Positions 1 through 12,357 of a stretch of DNA of 64,000 bases are shown one piece after another (the stretch's first letter is position 1; the number at the start of each line of letters is the position of its first letter). Both the position numbers and the translations under genes were made by a program. A model generated the notes under the pieces. That model was not told the DNA's origin and searched no databases. It was given only the letters and a program-made list of their open reading frames with translations. Where the stretch lies: NCBI RefSeq assembly GCF_054482525.1, contig NZ_CM137006.1. The stretch is one strand, 5' to 3'.

Positions 1-1022
1 TCATGCAGCATCAACCCTAATGCCACCCCGACAAACACTGCCGGGAAGATTCGCCCACCGCGAAAGCCACTGGCGGCAGCAACGACCAGGGCGGCAAGTT
101 TAATTACCGCCAGCAAAAAGTAATCGCTGGTGCTGAAAGCCTGATTTGCCACCATCTGCTGCATCTCATCCAGCCCTTTAAACAGCGAAACTGGTCCACC
201 CATAACCCCCAGAATACCGAGAATAAATCCGCCAATACCCAGCACGAGCACCGGATTTTTCATTTGATGCATCATCGCGTGCAACCGTGGTAAGCACCAT
301 ACGGCGACCATCCCTGCTGCGATGGCAATCGCCGCGACAATTGCACCGCTGAGAATATCGGTCATTTCCATTTTTCCGTAATGCGCAATGGGCAGTGAAA
401 AATGGGGATGGAAAAATAATCCGGTAGTAAGTGCACCAGCTGCTGCCGCCATTAACGGCGCAAAAAGACGATCCCATAGCGGAACTTCACTACTACCATT
501 TAAGGTTTGCGAAAATATCAACGCCGCCGCAACAGGTGTGCCAAACAGTGCGCCGATGGTGCCGGCAGAGGCTAAAATAGTCCACTCCATTCGGTTGACG
601 CGCGGTAACAGACGAGCGCCAATGGCAACCGCAAGGGCGATATTGACGGTCATGATCGGATGTTCCGGCCCCAGGCTGACGCCGCCAGCAAGACCGAGAA
701 TTAATGCTACGATAAGTCCAGGTAGCGCAGAGGGCGGAACCGGTGCGCCGATCAGCGGTTCACAGGCGGGGTCTGGTCCGGCATGACCCTGGCTGAAACG
801 GATAACCAACCCCACCGCAATACCCGTTAGCGTTAATACACCGATGATCCAGAGGGGGGAATCCTGGGCTATCCCCAGAGTTCCCGGCAGTCGTTGCCAG
901 AGCAAATTCTGTAATACCGAGGCGATTTTCATCACCACAATCAGAATAAGACTGGACGCAATCCCAATTGCCACGGCGGGGAGCGATAATAACAACATGG
1001 TTCTGGCTCGCGGATGGAGCAT
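1..1022 (-). CDS. yfeO: YfeO, ClC-family putative ion-transport protein (partial; C-terminus lies beyond window start)
   Basis: Reverse-strand translation from ATG (complement of 1020-1022) reads [24 protein letters not shown]...; open to the window edge, so absent from the ORF track. Divergent from glk as in K-12. Confidence 0.85.
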   Translation of the reverse strand, partial: MLHPRARTMLLLSLPAVAIGIASSLILIVVMKIASVLQNLLWQRLPGTLGIAQDSPLWIIGVLTLTGIAVGLVIRFSQGHAGPDPACEPLIGAPVPPSALPGLIVALILGLAGGVSLGPEHPIMTVNIALAVAIGARLLPRVNRMEWTILASAGTIGALFGTPVAAALIFSQTLNGSSEVPLWDRLFAPLMAAAAGALTTGLFFHPHFSLPIAHYGKMEMTDILSGAIVAAIAIAAGMVAVWCLPRLHAMMHQMKNPVLVLGIGGFILGILGVMGGPVSLFKGLDEMQQMVANQAFSTSDYFLLAVIKLAALVVAAASGFRGGRIFPAVFVGVALGLMLH

Positions 1023-1225
1023 GTTCTATTCCTTATGCGGGGTCAGATACTTAGTTTGCCCAGCTTGCAAAAAGGCATCGCTGCAATTGGTGCTGAAACG
1101 ATAAAGTAATTGTGTGACCCAGATCGATATTTACAGGGAGCCTGCCTTTCCGGCGTTGTTGTTATGCCCCCAGGTATTTACAGTGTGAGAAAGAATTATT
1201 TTGACTTTAGCGGAGCAGTTGAAGA

Positions 1226-2191
1226 ATGACAAAGTATGCATTAGTCGGTGATGTGGGCGGCACCAACGCACGTCTTGCTCTGTGTGATATTGCCAGTGGT
1301 GAAATCTCGCAGGCTAAGACCTATTCAGGGCTTGATTACCCCAGCCTCGAAGCGGTCATTCGCGTTTATCTTGAAGAACATAAGGTCGAGGTGCAAGACG
1401 GCTGTATTGCCATTGCTTGCCCAATTACCGGTGACTGGGTGGCAATGACCAACCATACCTGGGCGTTCTCAATTGCCGAAATGAAAAAGAATCTCGGTTT
1501 TAGCCATCTGGAAATTATTAACGATTTTACCGCTGTATCGATGGCGATCCCGATGCTGAAAAAAGAGCATCTGATTCAGTTTGGTGGCGCAGAACCGGTC
1601 GAAGGTAAGCCTATTGCGGTTTACGGTGCCGGAACGGGGCTTGGGGTTGCGCATCTGGTCCATGTCGATAAGCGTTGGGTAAGCTTGCCAGGCGAAGGCG
1701 GTCACGTTGATTTTGCGCCGAATAGTGAAGAAGAGGCCATTATCCTCGAAATACTGCGTGCAGAAATTGGTCATGTTTCGGCAGAGCGCGTGCTTTCTGG
1801 TCCTGGGCTGGTGAATTTGTATCGCGCGATTGTGAAAGCCGACAACCGCCTGCCAGAAAATCTCAAGCCAAAAGATATTACCGAACGTGCGCTGGCTGAC
1901 AGCTGCACCGATTGCCGCCGCGCGTTGTCGCTGTTTTGCGTCATTATGGGCCGTTTTGGCGGCAATCTGGCGCTCAATCTCGGGACATTTGGCGGCGTGT
2001 TTATTGCGGGTGGTATCGTGCCGCGCTTCCTTGAGTTCTTCAAAGCCTCTGGTTTCCGTGCCGCATTTGAAGATAAAGGGCGCTTTAAAGAATATGTCCA
2101 TGATATTCCGGTGTATCTCATCGTCCATGACAATCCGGGCCTTCTTGGTTCCGGTGCACATTTACGCCAGACCTTAGGTCACATTCTGTAA
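1226..2191 (+). CDS. glk: Glucokinase
   Basis: 321 aa ORF; N-terminal [18 protein letters not shown]/glucokinase ATP-binding motif. Confidence 0.96.
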   Translation: MTKYALVGDVGGTNARLALCDIASGEISQAKTYSGLDYPSLEAVIRVYLEEHKVEVQDGCIAIACPITGDWVAMTNHTWAFSIAEMKKNLGFSHLEIINDFTAVSMAIPMLKKEHLIQFGGAEPVEGKPIAVYGAGTGLGVAHLVHVDKRWVSLPGEGGHVDFAPNSEEEAIILEILRAEIGHVSAERVLSGPGLVNLYRAIVKADNRLPENLKPKDITERALADSCTDCRRALSLFCVIMGRFGGNLALNLGTFGGVFIAGGIVPRFLEFFKASGFRAAFEDKGRFKEYVHDIPVYLIVHDNPGLLGSGAHLRQTLGHIL

Positions 2192-2204
2192 ATCCTTCCT
2201 GTTA

Positions 2205-2235
2205 TATCGGGAGGTAACTCTCCCGATAATCTTTT
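2205..2235 (+). terminator. Rho-independent terminator-like hairpin after glk
   Basis: tatcggga...tcccgata stem (2205-2228) followed by atctttt. Confidence 0.5.
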
Positions 2236-2409
2236 AAATCATACAGTTAATTCAATTTTCCTTTGTGTCCCCTCACAAGGCCGACCTGCGTCACACTTCC
2301 GTACAGCGGGATTAATTCTCCAGTAAATGCATTATTTGTCTGGTAACGGCGATTTGTTTTGCACGTTCATAATTTCACTCGTCAACTATCACCGAACGAG
2401 GAATTAATG

Positions 2410-2736
2410 ATGAGTAAGAAACTGATTGCCTTATGTGCCTGCCCAATGGGCCTGGCTCACACCTTTATGGCCGCTCAGGCGCTGGAAGAAGCGGCGGTAG
2501 AAGCAGGCTATGAAGTAAAAATTGAAACCCAGGGTGCGGACGGTATCCAGAACCGTCTGACGGCGCAGGATATCGCCGAAGCAACCATCATCATCCACTC
2601 CGTGGCAGTTACCCCGGAAGATAACGAACGTTTCGAATCACGCGACGTTTATGAAATCACTTTGCAGGACGCAATTAAAAACGCTGCGGGCATCATCAAA
2701 GAAATCGAAGAGATGATTGCCTCTGAACAACAGTAA
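2410..2736 (+). CDS. fryB: PTS fructose-like EIIB component
   Basis: 108 aa from the second of two adjacent ATGs (MSKKLIALCACPMGLAHTFMAAQ...), active-site Cys in a PTS IIB-like context; track ORF 2359-2736 extends upstream. Confidence 0.85.
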   Translation: MSKKLIALCACPMGLAHTFMAAQALEEAAVEAGYEVKIETQGADGIQNRLTAQDIAEATIIIHSVAVTPEDNERFESRDVYEITLQDAIKNAAGIIKEIEEMIASEQQ

Positions 2737-2757
2737 TATTCGACAGGGATAATTGTT

Positions 2758-4005
2758 ATGGCCATTAAAAAACGCAGTGCAACCGTTGTGCCTGGCGCAT
2801 CCGGTGCGGCAGCGGCAGTTAAGAATCCGCAGGCCTCTAAAAGCAGCTTCTGGGGTGAACTCCCGCAGCATGTGATGTCAGGGATTTCACGCATGGTGCC
2901 GACCTTAATTATGGGCGGTGTGATCCTCGCTTTCAGCCAGCTGATTGCTTATAGCTGGCTTAAAATTCCTGCTGATATCGGCATCATGGATGCTCTTAAT
3001 AGCGGGAAATTCTCCGGTTTCGACCTCTCCTTACTGAAATTTGCCTGGCTGTCGCAATCCTTCGGCGGCGTGTTGTTTGGTTTCGCCATTCCGATGTTTG
3101 CTGCATTTGTGGCGAACTCTATCGGTGGCAAACTGGCGTTCCCGGCTGGTTTTATCGGCGGCTTGATGTCTACCCAGCCGACGCAACTGCTGAACTTCGA
3201 TTCCAGCACGATGCAATGGGCGACCTCTTCGCCGGTGCCGTCCACCTTCATTGGTGCGCTGATTATTTCTATCGTTGCCGGTTACCTTGTGAAGTGGATG
3301 AACCAGAAAATCCAGTTACCGGATTTCCTGTTAGCGTTCAAAACCACATTTTTGCTACCGATTCTTTCCGCCATATTTGTCATGCTGGCGATGTACTACG
3401 TCATCACCCCGTTTGGTGGCTGGATCAACGGCGGTATCCGTACCGTGCTGACTGCCGCAGGTGAGAAGGGCGCGCTGATGTACGCGATGGGGATCGCCGC
3501 GGCGACAGCAATCGACCTTGGTGGCCCAATCAACAAAGCAGCTGGTTTCGTTGCCTTCAGCTTTACCACGGACCACGTATTACCGGTCACCGCACGTTCC
3601 ATCGCTATTGTTATTCCGCCGATTGGTCTGGGTCTGGCGACCATTATTGACCGTCGTTTAACCGGCAAACGCCTGTTCAACGCTCAGCTTTATCCGCAGG
3701 GTAAAACCGCCATGTTCCTGGCCTTTATGGGGATCAGTGAAGGTGCGATTCCGTTTGCACTGGAAAGCCCCATCACCGCCATTCCGTCCTATATGGTCGG
3801 CGCGATTGTCGGCTCAACCGCTGCAGTCTGGCTGGGCGCAGTGCAATGGTTCCCGGAATCCGCTATCTGGGCATGGCCACTGGTCACTAACCTGGGCGTC
3901 TATATGGCGGGGATCGCGCTGGGAGCAGTCATTACTGCGCTGATGGTGGTGTTCCTGCGTCTGATGATGTTCCGCAAAGGCAAATTGTTAATCGATAGCC
4001 TGTAA
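2758..4005 (+). CDS. fryC: PTS fructose-like EIIC permease
   Basis: 415 aa polytopic membrane protein, IIC-like. Confidence 0.9.
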   Translation: MAIKKRSATVVPGASGAAAAVKNPQASKSSFWGELPQHVMSGISRMVPTLIMGGVILAFSQLIAYSWLKIPADIGIMDALNSGKFSGFDLSLLKFAWLSQSFGGVLFGFAIPMFAAFVANSIGGKLAFPAGFIGGLMSTQPTQLLNFDSSTMQWATSSPVPSTFIGALIISIVAGYLVKWMNQKIQLPDFLLAFKTTFLLPILSAIFVMLAMYYVITPFGGWINGGIRTVLTAAGEKGALMYAMGIAAATAIDLGGPINKAAGFVAFSFTTDHVLPVTARSIAIVIPPIGLGLATIIDRRLTGKRLFNAQLYPQGKTAMFLAFMGISEGAIPFALESPITAIPSYMVGAIVGSTAAVWLGAVQWFPESAIWAWPLVTNLGVYMAGIALGAVITALMVVFLRLMMFRKGKLLIDSL

Positions 4006-4019
4006 GAAGGACAATCCTG

Positions 4020-5105
4020 ATGACATTACTCGCTTCGCTGCGCGACTGGCTTAAGGCGCAACAACTGGATGCGGTGCTTCTCTCCTCACGGCAGAACAAA
4101 CAGCCGCATCTGGGGATCTCCACCGGATCAGGCTATGTGCTGATTAGCCGTGAAAGTGCGCACATTCTGGTGGACTCGCGCTATTACGCGGATGTAGAAG
4201 CCCGCACGCAAGGTTACCAGCTGCATTTGCTTGACGCGACGCACAAGCTTACAACCATCGCCAGGCAAATCATTGCCGATGAGCAGTTGCAAACGCTCGG
4301 TTTTGAGGGCCAGCAGGTGAGTTGGGAAACCGCGCACTGCTGGCAGTCTGAACTCAATGCGAAACTGGTTAGCGCCACGCCGGATGTGCTGCGGCAAATC
4401 AAAACGCCAGAGGAGGTGGAGAAAATCCGCCTCGCCTGTGGGATTGCCGATCGTGGTGCGGAGCATATTCGCCGCTTTATTCAGGCGGGGATGAGCGAGC
4501 GCGAGATAGCCGCTGAACTGGAGTGGTTTATGCGCCAGCAGGGCGCAGAAAAAGCCTCTTTTGACACCATTGTCGCCAGCGGCTGGCGTGGGGCGCTGCC
4601 GCACGGTAAAGCCAGCGACAAGATTGTTGCAGCGGGCGAGCTTGTCACTCTTGATTTTGGTGCGCTCTATCAGGGGTACTGCTCTGATATGACGCGCACC
4701 TTGCTGGTGAATGGCGAAGGGGTGAGCGCCGAATCTCACCCGCTGTTTAACGTCTATCAAATTGTCCTGCAGGCACAGCTCGCAGCAATCTCCGCGATTC
4801 GCCCCGGCGTGCGCTGCCAGCAGGTTGACGACGCCGCGCGCCGGGTGATTACCGAGGCTGGATTTGGTGACAATTTCGGTCATAACACCGGTCATGCTAT
4901 CGGTATTGAAGTCCATGAGGATCCGCGTTTTTCACCGCGGGACACCACGACGCTACAGCCAGGCATGTTACTGACCGTGGAGCCGGGGATTTATTTGCCA
5001 GGGCAAGGGGGCGTGCGCATCGAGGATGTTGTGCTGGTCACCCCGCAAGGCGCAGAAGTGCTCTACGCCATGCCGAAAACAGTGTTGCTCACGGGAGAGG
5101 CATAA
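4020..5105 (+). CDS. ypdF: Xaa-Pro aminopeptidase (M24 family)
   Basis: 361 aa; pita-bread metallopeptidase motifs ([19 protein letters not shown]). Confidence 0.9.
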   Translation: MTLLASLRDWLKAQQLDAVLLSSRQNKQPHLGISTGSGYVLISRESAHILVDSRYYADVEARTQGYQLHLLDATHKLTTIARQIIADEQLQTLGFEGQQVSWETAHCWQSELNAKLVSATPDVLRQIKTPEEVEKIRLACGIADRGAEHIRRFIQAGMSEREIAAELEWFMRQQGAEKASFDTIVASGWRGALPHGKASDKIVAAGELVTLDFGALYQGYCSDMTRTLLVNGEGVSAESHPLFNVYQIVLQAQLAAISAIRPGVRCQQVDDAARRVITEAGFGDNFGHNTGHAIGIEVHEDPRFSPRDTTTLQPGMLLTVEPGIYLPGQGGVRIEDVVLVTPQGAEVLYAMPKTVLLTGEA

Positions 5106-6142
5106 TGGATTTATCGTTATTAAAAGCGTTGAGCGAGGCAGATGCGATCGCCTCCTCGGAACAGGAAGTGCGGCAGATCCTGCTGGAAGAAGCGGATCGC
5201 CTGCAAAAAGAAGTGCGATTTGACGGCCTGGGATCGGTGCTGATCCGCCTCAATGAATCGACAGGTCCGAAGGTGATGATCTGTGCGCATATGGATGAAG
5301 TGGGATTTATGGTGCGCAGCATCTCCCGCGAAGGGGCGATCGATGTGTTGCCGGTTGGCAATGTACGCATGGCTGCCCGCCAGCTTCAGTCGGTGCGTAT
5401 CACTACCCGTGAAGAGTGCAAAATTCCAGGCCTGCTTGACGGCGACCGGCAGGGGAATGACGTCAGCGCCATGCGCGTGGACATTGGTGCGCGCTCGTAT
5501 GACGAAGTGATGCAGGCGGGAATTCGTCCAGGCGATCGCGTCACCTTTGATACCACTTTTCAGGTTCTCCCTCACCAGCGGGTGATGGGGAAAGCTTTTG
5601 ATGACCGCCTCGGTTGTTATCTGCTGGTGACGTTACTGCGCGAGCTGCACGACGCCGAACTGCCTGCGGAAGTGTGGCTGGTGGCCAGCTCCAGCGAAGA
5701 GGTCGGCTTACGCGGCGGGCAAACCGCTACCCGCGCGGTGTCACCGGACGTTGCGATTGTGCTGGATACCGCCTGCTGGGCGAAAAACTTTGATTATGGC
5801 GCGGCTAACCATCGCCAGATTGGTAACGGGCCGATGCTGGTGTTAAGCGACAAGTCGCTGATTGCGCCGCCAAAACTTACCGCGTGGATTGAAACCGTGG
5901 CGGCAGAAATTGGCGTGCCGTTACAGGCAGATATGTTCAGCAACGGCGGCACGGACGGTGGAGCGGTGCATTTAACCGGCACTGGCGTACCCACAGTGGT
6001 GATGGGGCCTGCCACCCGCCACGGACATTGCGCCGCATCGATTGCCGATTGCCGTGACATTTTGCAGATGCAGCAACTTTTATCTGCCCTTATTCAACGT
6101 CTTACGCGTGAGACGGTTGTTCAACTGACGGATTTCAGATGA
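5105..6142 (+). CDS. ypdE: M42-family aminopeptidase
   Basis: 345 aa; start overlaps ypdF stop (translational coupling). Confidence 0.9.
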   Translation: MDLSLLKALSEADAIASSEQEVRQILLEEADRLQKEVRFDGLGSVLIRLNESTGPKVMICAHMDEVGFMVRSISREGAIDVLPVGNVRMAARQLQSVRITTREECKIPGLLDGDRQGNDVSAMRVDIGARSYDEVMQAGIRPGDRVTFDTTFQVLPHQRVMGKAFDDRLGCYLLVTLLRELHDAELPAEVWLVASSSEEVGLRGGQTATRAVSPDVAIVLDTACWAKNFDYGAANHRQIGNGPMLVLSDKSLIAPPKLTAWIETVAAEIGVPLQADMFSNGGTDGGAVHLTGTGVPTVVMGPATRHGHCAASIADCRDILQMQQLLSALIQRLTRETVVQLTDFR

Positions 6143-6166
6143 TCTCCTGATTAACCCGGAGCGGTT

Positions 6167-8662
6167 ATGCTAACGATTCAATTTCTCTGTCCTCTGCCTA
6201 ACGGTCTGCATGCTCGTCCGGCGTGGGAGCTTAAAGAACAGTGCAGCCAGTGGCAAAGCGAAATCACCTTCATCAACCATCGCCAGAACGCAAAGGCAGA
6301 TGCCAAAAGCTCGCTGGCGCTGATTGGCACCGGCACTTTATTTAATGACAGTTGCAGCCTGAACATTAGCGGCAGCGATGAAGAGCAGGCGCGGCGCGTG
6401 CTGGAAGAGTACATCCAGGTGCGCTTTATCGACAGCGACAGCATTCAGCCGACGCAGGCAGAACTGACGGCGCATCCGCTGCCGCGTTCATTAAGCCGTC
6501 TGAATCCTGATTTACTGTACGGCAATGTGCTGGCAAGCGGCGTCGGCGTGGGTACGCTGACCCTGTTACAGAGCGACAGCCTCGACAGTTATCGGGCCAT
6601 CCCGGCCAGTGCGCAAGACTCCACCCGGCTGGAGCACAGCCTGGCAACGCTTGCCGAGCAACTGAACCAGCAGCTGCGTGAGCGTGACGGCGAAAGCAAA
6701 ACTATCCTCAGCGCCCATTTGTCGCTGATTCAGGATGATGAATTTGCAGGCAATATCCGTCGCCTTATGGCAGAACAGCATCAGGGGCTGGGGGCGGCGA
6801 TCATCAGCAATATGGAGCAGGTTTGCGCCAAACTATCTGCTTCTGCCAGCGATTATCTGCGCGAGCGGGTCAGCGACATTCGCGATATCAGCGAACAGTT
6901 GCTGCATATCACCTGGCCGGAACTGAAGCCGCGCAACAATCTGGTGCTGGAAAAACCGACTATTCTGGTGGCCGAGGATTTAACCCCAAGCCAGTTTTTG
7001 AGCCTCGATTTAAAAAATCTTGCGGGCATGATTCTGGAGAAAACCGGGCGCACCTCGCATACACTGATTCTGGCCCGTGCCTCGGCGATCCCGGTACTGA
7101 GTGGCTTGCCGCTGGATGCGATCGCGCGCTATGCCGGGCAACCGGCAGTGCTTGACGCCCAGTGCGGCGTGCTGGCGATTAACCCTGATGACGCGGTGAG
7201 CGGTTATTATCAGGTCGCGCAGACGCTGGCGGATAAACGCCAAAAACAACAGGCGCAGGCCGCCGCGCAGCTGGCCTATTCCCGTGATAACAAGCGTATT
7301 GATATTGCGGCGAATATCGGCACCGCTCTGGAAGCGCCAGGCGCGTTTGCCAACGGCGCGGAAGGTGTCGGGCTGTTCCGTACCGAAATGCTCTATATGG
7401 ATCGCGACAGCGCGCCGGACGAGCAGGAGCAATTTGAAGCCTACCAGCAGGTGCTACTGGCGGCGGGCGACAAGCCGATTATCTTCCGCACGATGGACAT
7501 CGGCGGCGATAAAAGCATTCCTTATCTGAATATTCCCCAGGAAGAGAACCCGTTCCTCGGCTATCGCGCGGTACGTATTTACCCGGAATTTGCTGGCCTG
7601 TTCCGCATTCAACTGCGGGCCATTTTGCGCGCCGCCAGTTTCGGCAACGCCCAGTTGATGATCCCAATGGTTCACAGCCTCGATCAGATCTTATGGGTGA
7701 AGGGCGAGATCCAAAAAGCGATCGTTGAGCTTAAGCGCGATGGCCTGCGTCATGCAGAGACGATTACGCTGGGTATCATGGTGGAAGTGCCGTCGGTGTG
7801 CTACATCATCGACCACTTCTGCGATGAGGTCGATTTCTTCAGTATCGGTTCTAACGATATGACCCAGTATCTGTATGCGGTCGATCGTAATAACCCGCGC
7901 GTATCGCCGCTGTATAACCCGATTACGCCATCGTTCCTGCGCATGTTGCAGCAGATTATTACCACTGCGCATCAGCGCGGAAAATGGGTAGGTATTTGCG
8001 GTGAACTGGGCGGTGAAAGTCGTTATCTGCCGCTACTGCTTGGGCTGGGCCTGGATGAGCTGAGTATGAGTAGCCCGCGCATTCCGGCGGTGAAAAGCCA
8101 GCTTCGTCAACTGGATAGCGAGGCGTGTCGGGAACTGGCGCGTCAGGCGTGTGAATGTCGCAGCGCGCAGGAAATTGAAGCGTTACTCACCGCCTTTACG
8201 CCGGAAGAAGACGTTCGCCCGCTGCTGGCGCTGGAGAATATCTTCGTTGATCAGGCCTTTAGTAATAAAGAGCAGGCGATCCAGTTCCTGTGCGGCAACC
8301 TTGGTGTTAACGGGCGTACTGAACATCCGTTTGAGCTGGAAGAAGATGTCTGGCAGCGGGAAGAGATTGTCACTACTGGCGTTGGTTTTGGCGTGGCGAT
8401 CCCGCACACCAAATCTCAGTGGATCCGTCATTCCAGTATCAGCATTGCCCGGCTGGTGAAACCGGTTGACTGGCAGTCAGAGATGGGCGAAGTCGAACTG
8501 GTGATCATGCTGACGCTGGGTGCTAACGAAGGGATGAACCATGTGAAAGTCTTCTCGCAGCTGGCGCGCAAACTGGTGAATAAAAACTTCCGCCAGTCGC
8601 TGTTCGCCGCGCAAGATGCGCAAAGCATCCTGACGCTGCTGGAAACGGAATTAACCTTCTGA
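6167..8662 (+). CDS. fryA: Multiphosphoryl transfer PTS protein (HPr-like, EI-like and IIA-like domains fused)
   Basis: 831 aa; N-terminal HPr-like GLHARPA motif, central EI PEP-utilising domain, C-terminal IIA-like domain. Confidence 0.92.
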   Translation: MLTIQFLCPLPNGLHARPAWELKEQCSQWQSEITFINHRQNAKADAKSSLALIGTGTLFNDSCSLNISGSDEEQARRVLEEYIQVRFIDSDSIQPTQAELTAHPLPRSLSRLNPDLLYGNVLASGVGVGTLTLLQSDSLDSYRAIPASAQDSTRLEHSLATLAEQLNQQLRERDGESKTILSAHLSLIQDDEFAGNIRRLMAEQHQGLGAAIISNMEQVCAKLSASASDYLRERVSDIRDISEQLLHITWPELKPRNNLVLEKPTILVAEDLTPSQFLSLDLKNLAGMILEKTGRTSHTLILARASAIPVLSGLPLDAIARYAGQPAVLDAQCGVLAINPDDAVSGYYQVAQTLADKRQKQQAQAAAQLAYSRDNKRIDIAANIGTALEAPGAFANGAEGVGLFRTEMLYMDRDSAPDEQEQFEAYQQVLLAAGDKPIIFRTMDIGGDKSIPYLNIPQEENPFLGYRAVRIYPEFAGLFRIQLRAILRAASFGNAQLMIPMVHSLDQILWVKGEIQKAIVELKRDGLRHAETITLGIMVEVPSVCYIIDHFCDEVDFFSIGSNDMTQYLYAVDRNNPRVSPLYNPITPSFLRMLQQIITTAHQRGKWVGICGELGGESRYLPLLLGLGLDELSMSSPRIPAVKSQLRQLDSEACRELARQACECRSAQEIEALLTAFTPEEDVRPLLALENIFVDQAFSNKEQAIQFLCGNLGVNGRTEHPFELEEDVWQREEIVTTGVGFGVAIPHTKSQWIRHSSISIARLVKPVDWQSEMGEVELVIMLTLGANEGMNHVKVFSQLARKLVNKNFRQSLFAAQDAQSILTLLETELTF

Positions 8663-8664
8663 CG

Positions 8665-9522
8665 TTAGCCCTGAAAACGGGCGCTGTACTCTCCCGGCGT
8701 CAGGCCAAACTGACGCCGGAAAACGCGACAAAAATAGTCGCTGTCCGGAAAACCGCAACGCTGTGCCACTTCATGAATCGACAGATGATATTTCTGCAAA
8801 ATCATCCTTGCCTTTGCCATTCGTACCCAGCGAACATACTCGATAAAACGCATTGTTCCATGCTGAGCAAACAGTTTTGACAGATGATTGGGCGTGATAT
8901 TAAAAAACTGAGCCACGCTCTCGCGGGTGAGCGGCTGGGCATAATTATCCTGAACCCAGTTACAAATGCTGTGATAGAGAAAATCGCTGCGCGGCTGCGA
9001 ATTGCCCGGCGGCATATTCACCACGTTACGGCAAAGATGCAGCAAACTTAACACCAGTGGCTGAATGATATTCTGCTCCAGCGGCGAACGGCTAAGATGG
9101 GTGAGGGCGGTAAGCATCGCTTCACCTTCACCGCGTTGCAGGCTGGGAAGCTGGATCTGGCGGGCAGGATGCAACAACGACGTGGTACGGCTATCGTAAA
9201 ATGATAAGCCAAGCCAGGTCGGTGCGAACACCAGGCTTAACAGCATCACCGGTTTGTTGTTGATCGGTAAATTAGCCGCGCGCGCTGGAATAAACAGCAT
9301 TTCTCCTTCCACCATACGTTGCTGCTTTGCTTCCAGCAGATTGCCGTATTCGCCGCGTAGCACGATATCCAGACGGGGAAAATCAATACATAAACTGCCC
9401 ACTGGCAATGAAGCAGGCTGGCTGGCAAACCAGACGCGCCCCAGTAGTTGCGGGTTAAGCACCAGGCCGCTGAGCAGATCGGCGAAAAATTGTTGATCGG
9501 CGGGCAAGCCTGGTGCTTTCAT
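8665..9522 (-). CDS. ypdC: AraC-family transcriptional regulator
   Basis: 285 aa with C-terminal AraC-type HTH; convergent with fryA, stops 2 bp apart. Confidence 0.9.
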   Translation of the reverse strand: MKAPGLPADQQFFADLLSGLVLNPQLLGRVWFASQPASLPVGSLCIDFPRLDIVLRGEYGNLLEAKQQRMVEGEMLFIPARAANLPINNKPVMLLSLVFAPTWLGLSFYDSRTTSLLHPARQIQLPSLQRGEGEAMLTALTHLSRSPLEQNIIQPLVLSLLHLCRNVVNMPPGNSQPRSDFLYHSICNWVQDNYAQPLTRESVAQFFNITPNHLSKLFAQHGTMRFIEYVRWVRMAKARMILQKYHLSIHEVAQRCGFPDSDYFCRVFRRQFGLTPGEYSARFQG

Positions 9523-9534
9523 GAAAGTTCCCGA

Positions 9535-10269
9535 TTAAAGATGCATTAACTGGCGGAATTCTTTAACTTTGCTGCGGCTGACCGGCACTTCAAAATCCAG
9601 ATCTTTCAGCCGCAGAATATAGGTGTTATTAAACCACGGTTCGATCTCGCGGATTTTGTTCAGATTGACACAAAATGAGCGATGGCAGCGGAAAAAATGC
9701 GACGGCGGCAGCTTGCTGCAAAACTCGGTAATGTTCATCGGCATTACGTAGGATTCACGCCGCGTATAGACAAAGGTCATTTTCTCGTGCGCTTCGGCGT
9801 AATAGATATCGTTAATTGGCGTGACAATGATTCGCTCATCTTTCACCAGATTAATGGTGTCATTCTCACGCGTTACCGTCGTGGCAGGCGTACTGCTGGT
9901 CTGCTGTTGTTGCCAGGCCGCTTCCAGTTTTTGCAGCATCCCGGTAATGCGTGACTCCTGATACGGTTTGAGAATGTAGTCAAACGCTTCCAGTTCAAAT
10001 GCTTCTACCGCATGTTCTTTCCACGCGGTGATGAACACAATAAACGGTTTATGGGCGAACTGGCTGATGTTTTGCGCCAGCAACACGCCATCCAGCGACG
10101 GAATATTGATATCCAGAAAAATGGCGTCGACGCGGTTATGCTGCAAAAACTTCAACACGTCCAGACCGTCGTCAAAGGTGCCGACAATCTCCATCTGGCT
10201 GTGCTCTTTAATTAGCCAGCTCAGTTCCTGTTGTGCCAGGAATTCGTCTTCAACAATGATGACTTTCAC
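9535..10269 (-). CDS. ypdB: LytTR-family response regulator of the YpdA/YpdB two-component system
   Basis: Receiver domain (KVIIVEDEFLAQ...) plus LytTR output domain; track ORF extends to 10287, but the likely start is the GTG giving MKVIIVEDE (244 aa). Confidence 0.85.
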   Translation of the reverse strand: MKVIIVEDEFLAQQELSWLIKEHSQMEIVGTFDDGLDVLKFLQHNRVDAIFLDINIPSLDGVLLAQNISQFAHKPFIVFITAWKEHAVEAFELEAFDYILKPYQESRITGMLQKLEAAWQQQQTSSTPATTVTRENDTINLVKDERIIVTPINDIYYAEAHEKMTFVYTRRESYVMPMNITEFCSKLPPSHFFRCHRSFCVNLNKIREIEPWFNNTYILRLKDLDFEVPVSRSKVKEFRQLMHL

Positions 10270-10283
10270 AATATCACTCCGGC

Positions 10284-11981
10284 TCAAAGCAATAACGTAG
10301 CCTGTGAGGCGACTGGGGTGCGTTGGTTAGGAATGTAAAACGCAATTTCCGTTCCTGGTTCCAGGCGGCGGATATGCAGCCCCTCGCCATACAATAACTT
10401 CACGCGATGATGGACATTCAGCAGACCAATTTTATTGCCCGGCATTTCGTTCGCTTCGACCCGCTCAATGACTTTTGGATCGATGCCGTGCCCGGTGTCT
10501 CGCACCGCAATGCGTACCCGATTACCGCACTCTGCAACGCTGATGGTGACAACGCCTTTACCTTTGCAAGGCTGGATACCGTGGACAATGGCGTTTTCCA
10601 CCAACGGCTGGATCAGCAGGCTGGGAATGCAGCAATTCACCTCTTCATCAATATCATAGATAACCGTCAGCTTGTCGCCAAAGCGGGCCTGCTCAATGGC
10701 AATATAGTCTTTAATTTGATACAGCTCTTTTTTGATATCGATTTGCTCATCGTCTTTTAATTCAATGTTATAGCGCAGATAACGCGACAGATTAAAGATC
10801 AGCTGGCGAGCGGTATCTGGATTCAGACGGATTGACGATGAAATAGCGTTCAGAGCGTTAAACAGAAAATGGGGATTAATTTTGCTTTGCAGGGCGCGAA
10901 GCTCTGCCTTATTTGCCATTTCACGTAACTGCTCGGCGCGTGAAACCTCCAGTTGCGTGGAGATGATTTGCGACAGACCGACAGCCATTTCCTGTAATGA
11001 CGAGGTTATCTGATGCGCGTGGCAGTAGTAAATTTTCAGCGTTCCGGTCACAACGCCTTTCTCCCACAATGGGATCACCAGCATGGAATGAATCTCTGGT
11101 GTGCGGTGGGCTTCATCATTGTTTTTAATGATGATTTTTCCGTAATTCATCGCCTGACGGGTAGTCGGGCTAATGAAGTCATCGCCATTCTGATAGTTAT
11201 GTTCACCCACGCCAACATAGGCCAGCACATGATCGGTATTAGTAATCGCCACCGCATCGGCGTGAATGTCATCGCGGATAATTTCGCAGACCTTGCGTAA
11301 TGACTCGCTATTGACATGGCGAAACAGCGGCAGCGTTTTGTTGGCAATATCCAGCGCCAGCTTGGCCTGCCGCGCGGCGCTGGCCTCCTTTTCGCCCTCA
11401 ACGCTTTGCACCAGCAGCACAATAAAGCCGATACAGACGCTGCCGAGGATCATTGGAATTCCGATTTTAGAGACGATATCGATCCCCAACGCGGTAGTTG
11501 GTGCCCAGACAATCACCAGAATCATGGTCAACGTTTCACACAACATGCCGCCGAGAATACCGACGCGCCAGCGCTGTGCTTTAGGGATTTTCAGGTTGAT
11601 CCAGCCCGATATACAACCCGCCAGAATGCTGGTGATAAAGCAGGGGATCGCCGTCACGCCGCCGATATCAATTAAATACCGGTGAATACCCGCAATCACG
11701 CCGGTAATGATGCCTACCCACGGGCCAAACAGAATTCCGCCTGACATCACCGCGATAATACGTACGTTCACCAGCGAGCCTTCTACGGGAACGCCGGACC
11801 AGGTGCTAAACAGGGCGAACAGCGAGAAAATGGCGGTAACGGCGAGCAGCTCTTTCGGTGAGTGTGCCGACTTGTGCAACAGTTCGCGAAACAGGCGGAT
11901 ACGGATGAGAAAGAACAGGCAGATAAGCATTAACGCTGCCCGATCGAAGACCGCCAGCAGCATGTTGAATATTTCGTGCAC
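10284..11981 (-). CDS. ypdA: Sensor histidine kinase (5TM-LytS and GAF-type)
   Basis: 565 aa; N-terminal multi-TM region, C-terminal HATPase; sits directly upstream of ypdB (track ORFs overlap by 4 bp). Confidence 0.92.
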
Positions 11982-12357
11982 GGGTGACTCTGAATAAGGA
12001 TTAAACCTCTATGATAGGTAACCTGAAGGCTGATGACCAGCAGGCCGTTTTTGAGGAAAAACCACAATTTTAAAAGGGGATTGAAAGATAAATGGTGTAT
12101 TAGCAATGCATCTCTTGATAATGCATATCTGGTTAGTAAATTTATTGAAATTATAATGTTAATAAAATGAGTGGTATTTTTCTTGTTAGCGCAGATAAAT
12201 TTCCTGTTTTTGAAGTGGAGTTCCTCATTTAAAGCCATTGATAAAAATGTTCTAAAACGCTGGACAGACAGAAATTAATCAGGCTATTTTCAAAACAGCC
12301 ACCATCGTGGCAGCGTCGCTCGGACGGTCCGGGCGCTAACGTTAATCTGAGGAAATT

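Noticed and set aside
1469-2161. 230-aa minus-strand track ORF antisense to glk (with other nested ORFs at 1771-2133 and 1887-2177)
   Set aside because: Lies entirely within the well-supported glk frame on the opposite strand; the translation is low-complexity with no recognisable family, so it is an antisense artefact.
4128-4916. 262-aa minus-strand track ORF inside ypdF
   Set aside because: Antisense to a clear M24 peptidase frame; Arg/Ala/Gly-rich translation typical of a GC-rich reverse frame.
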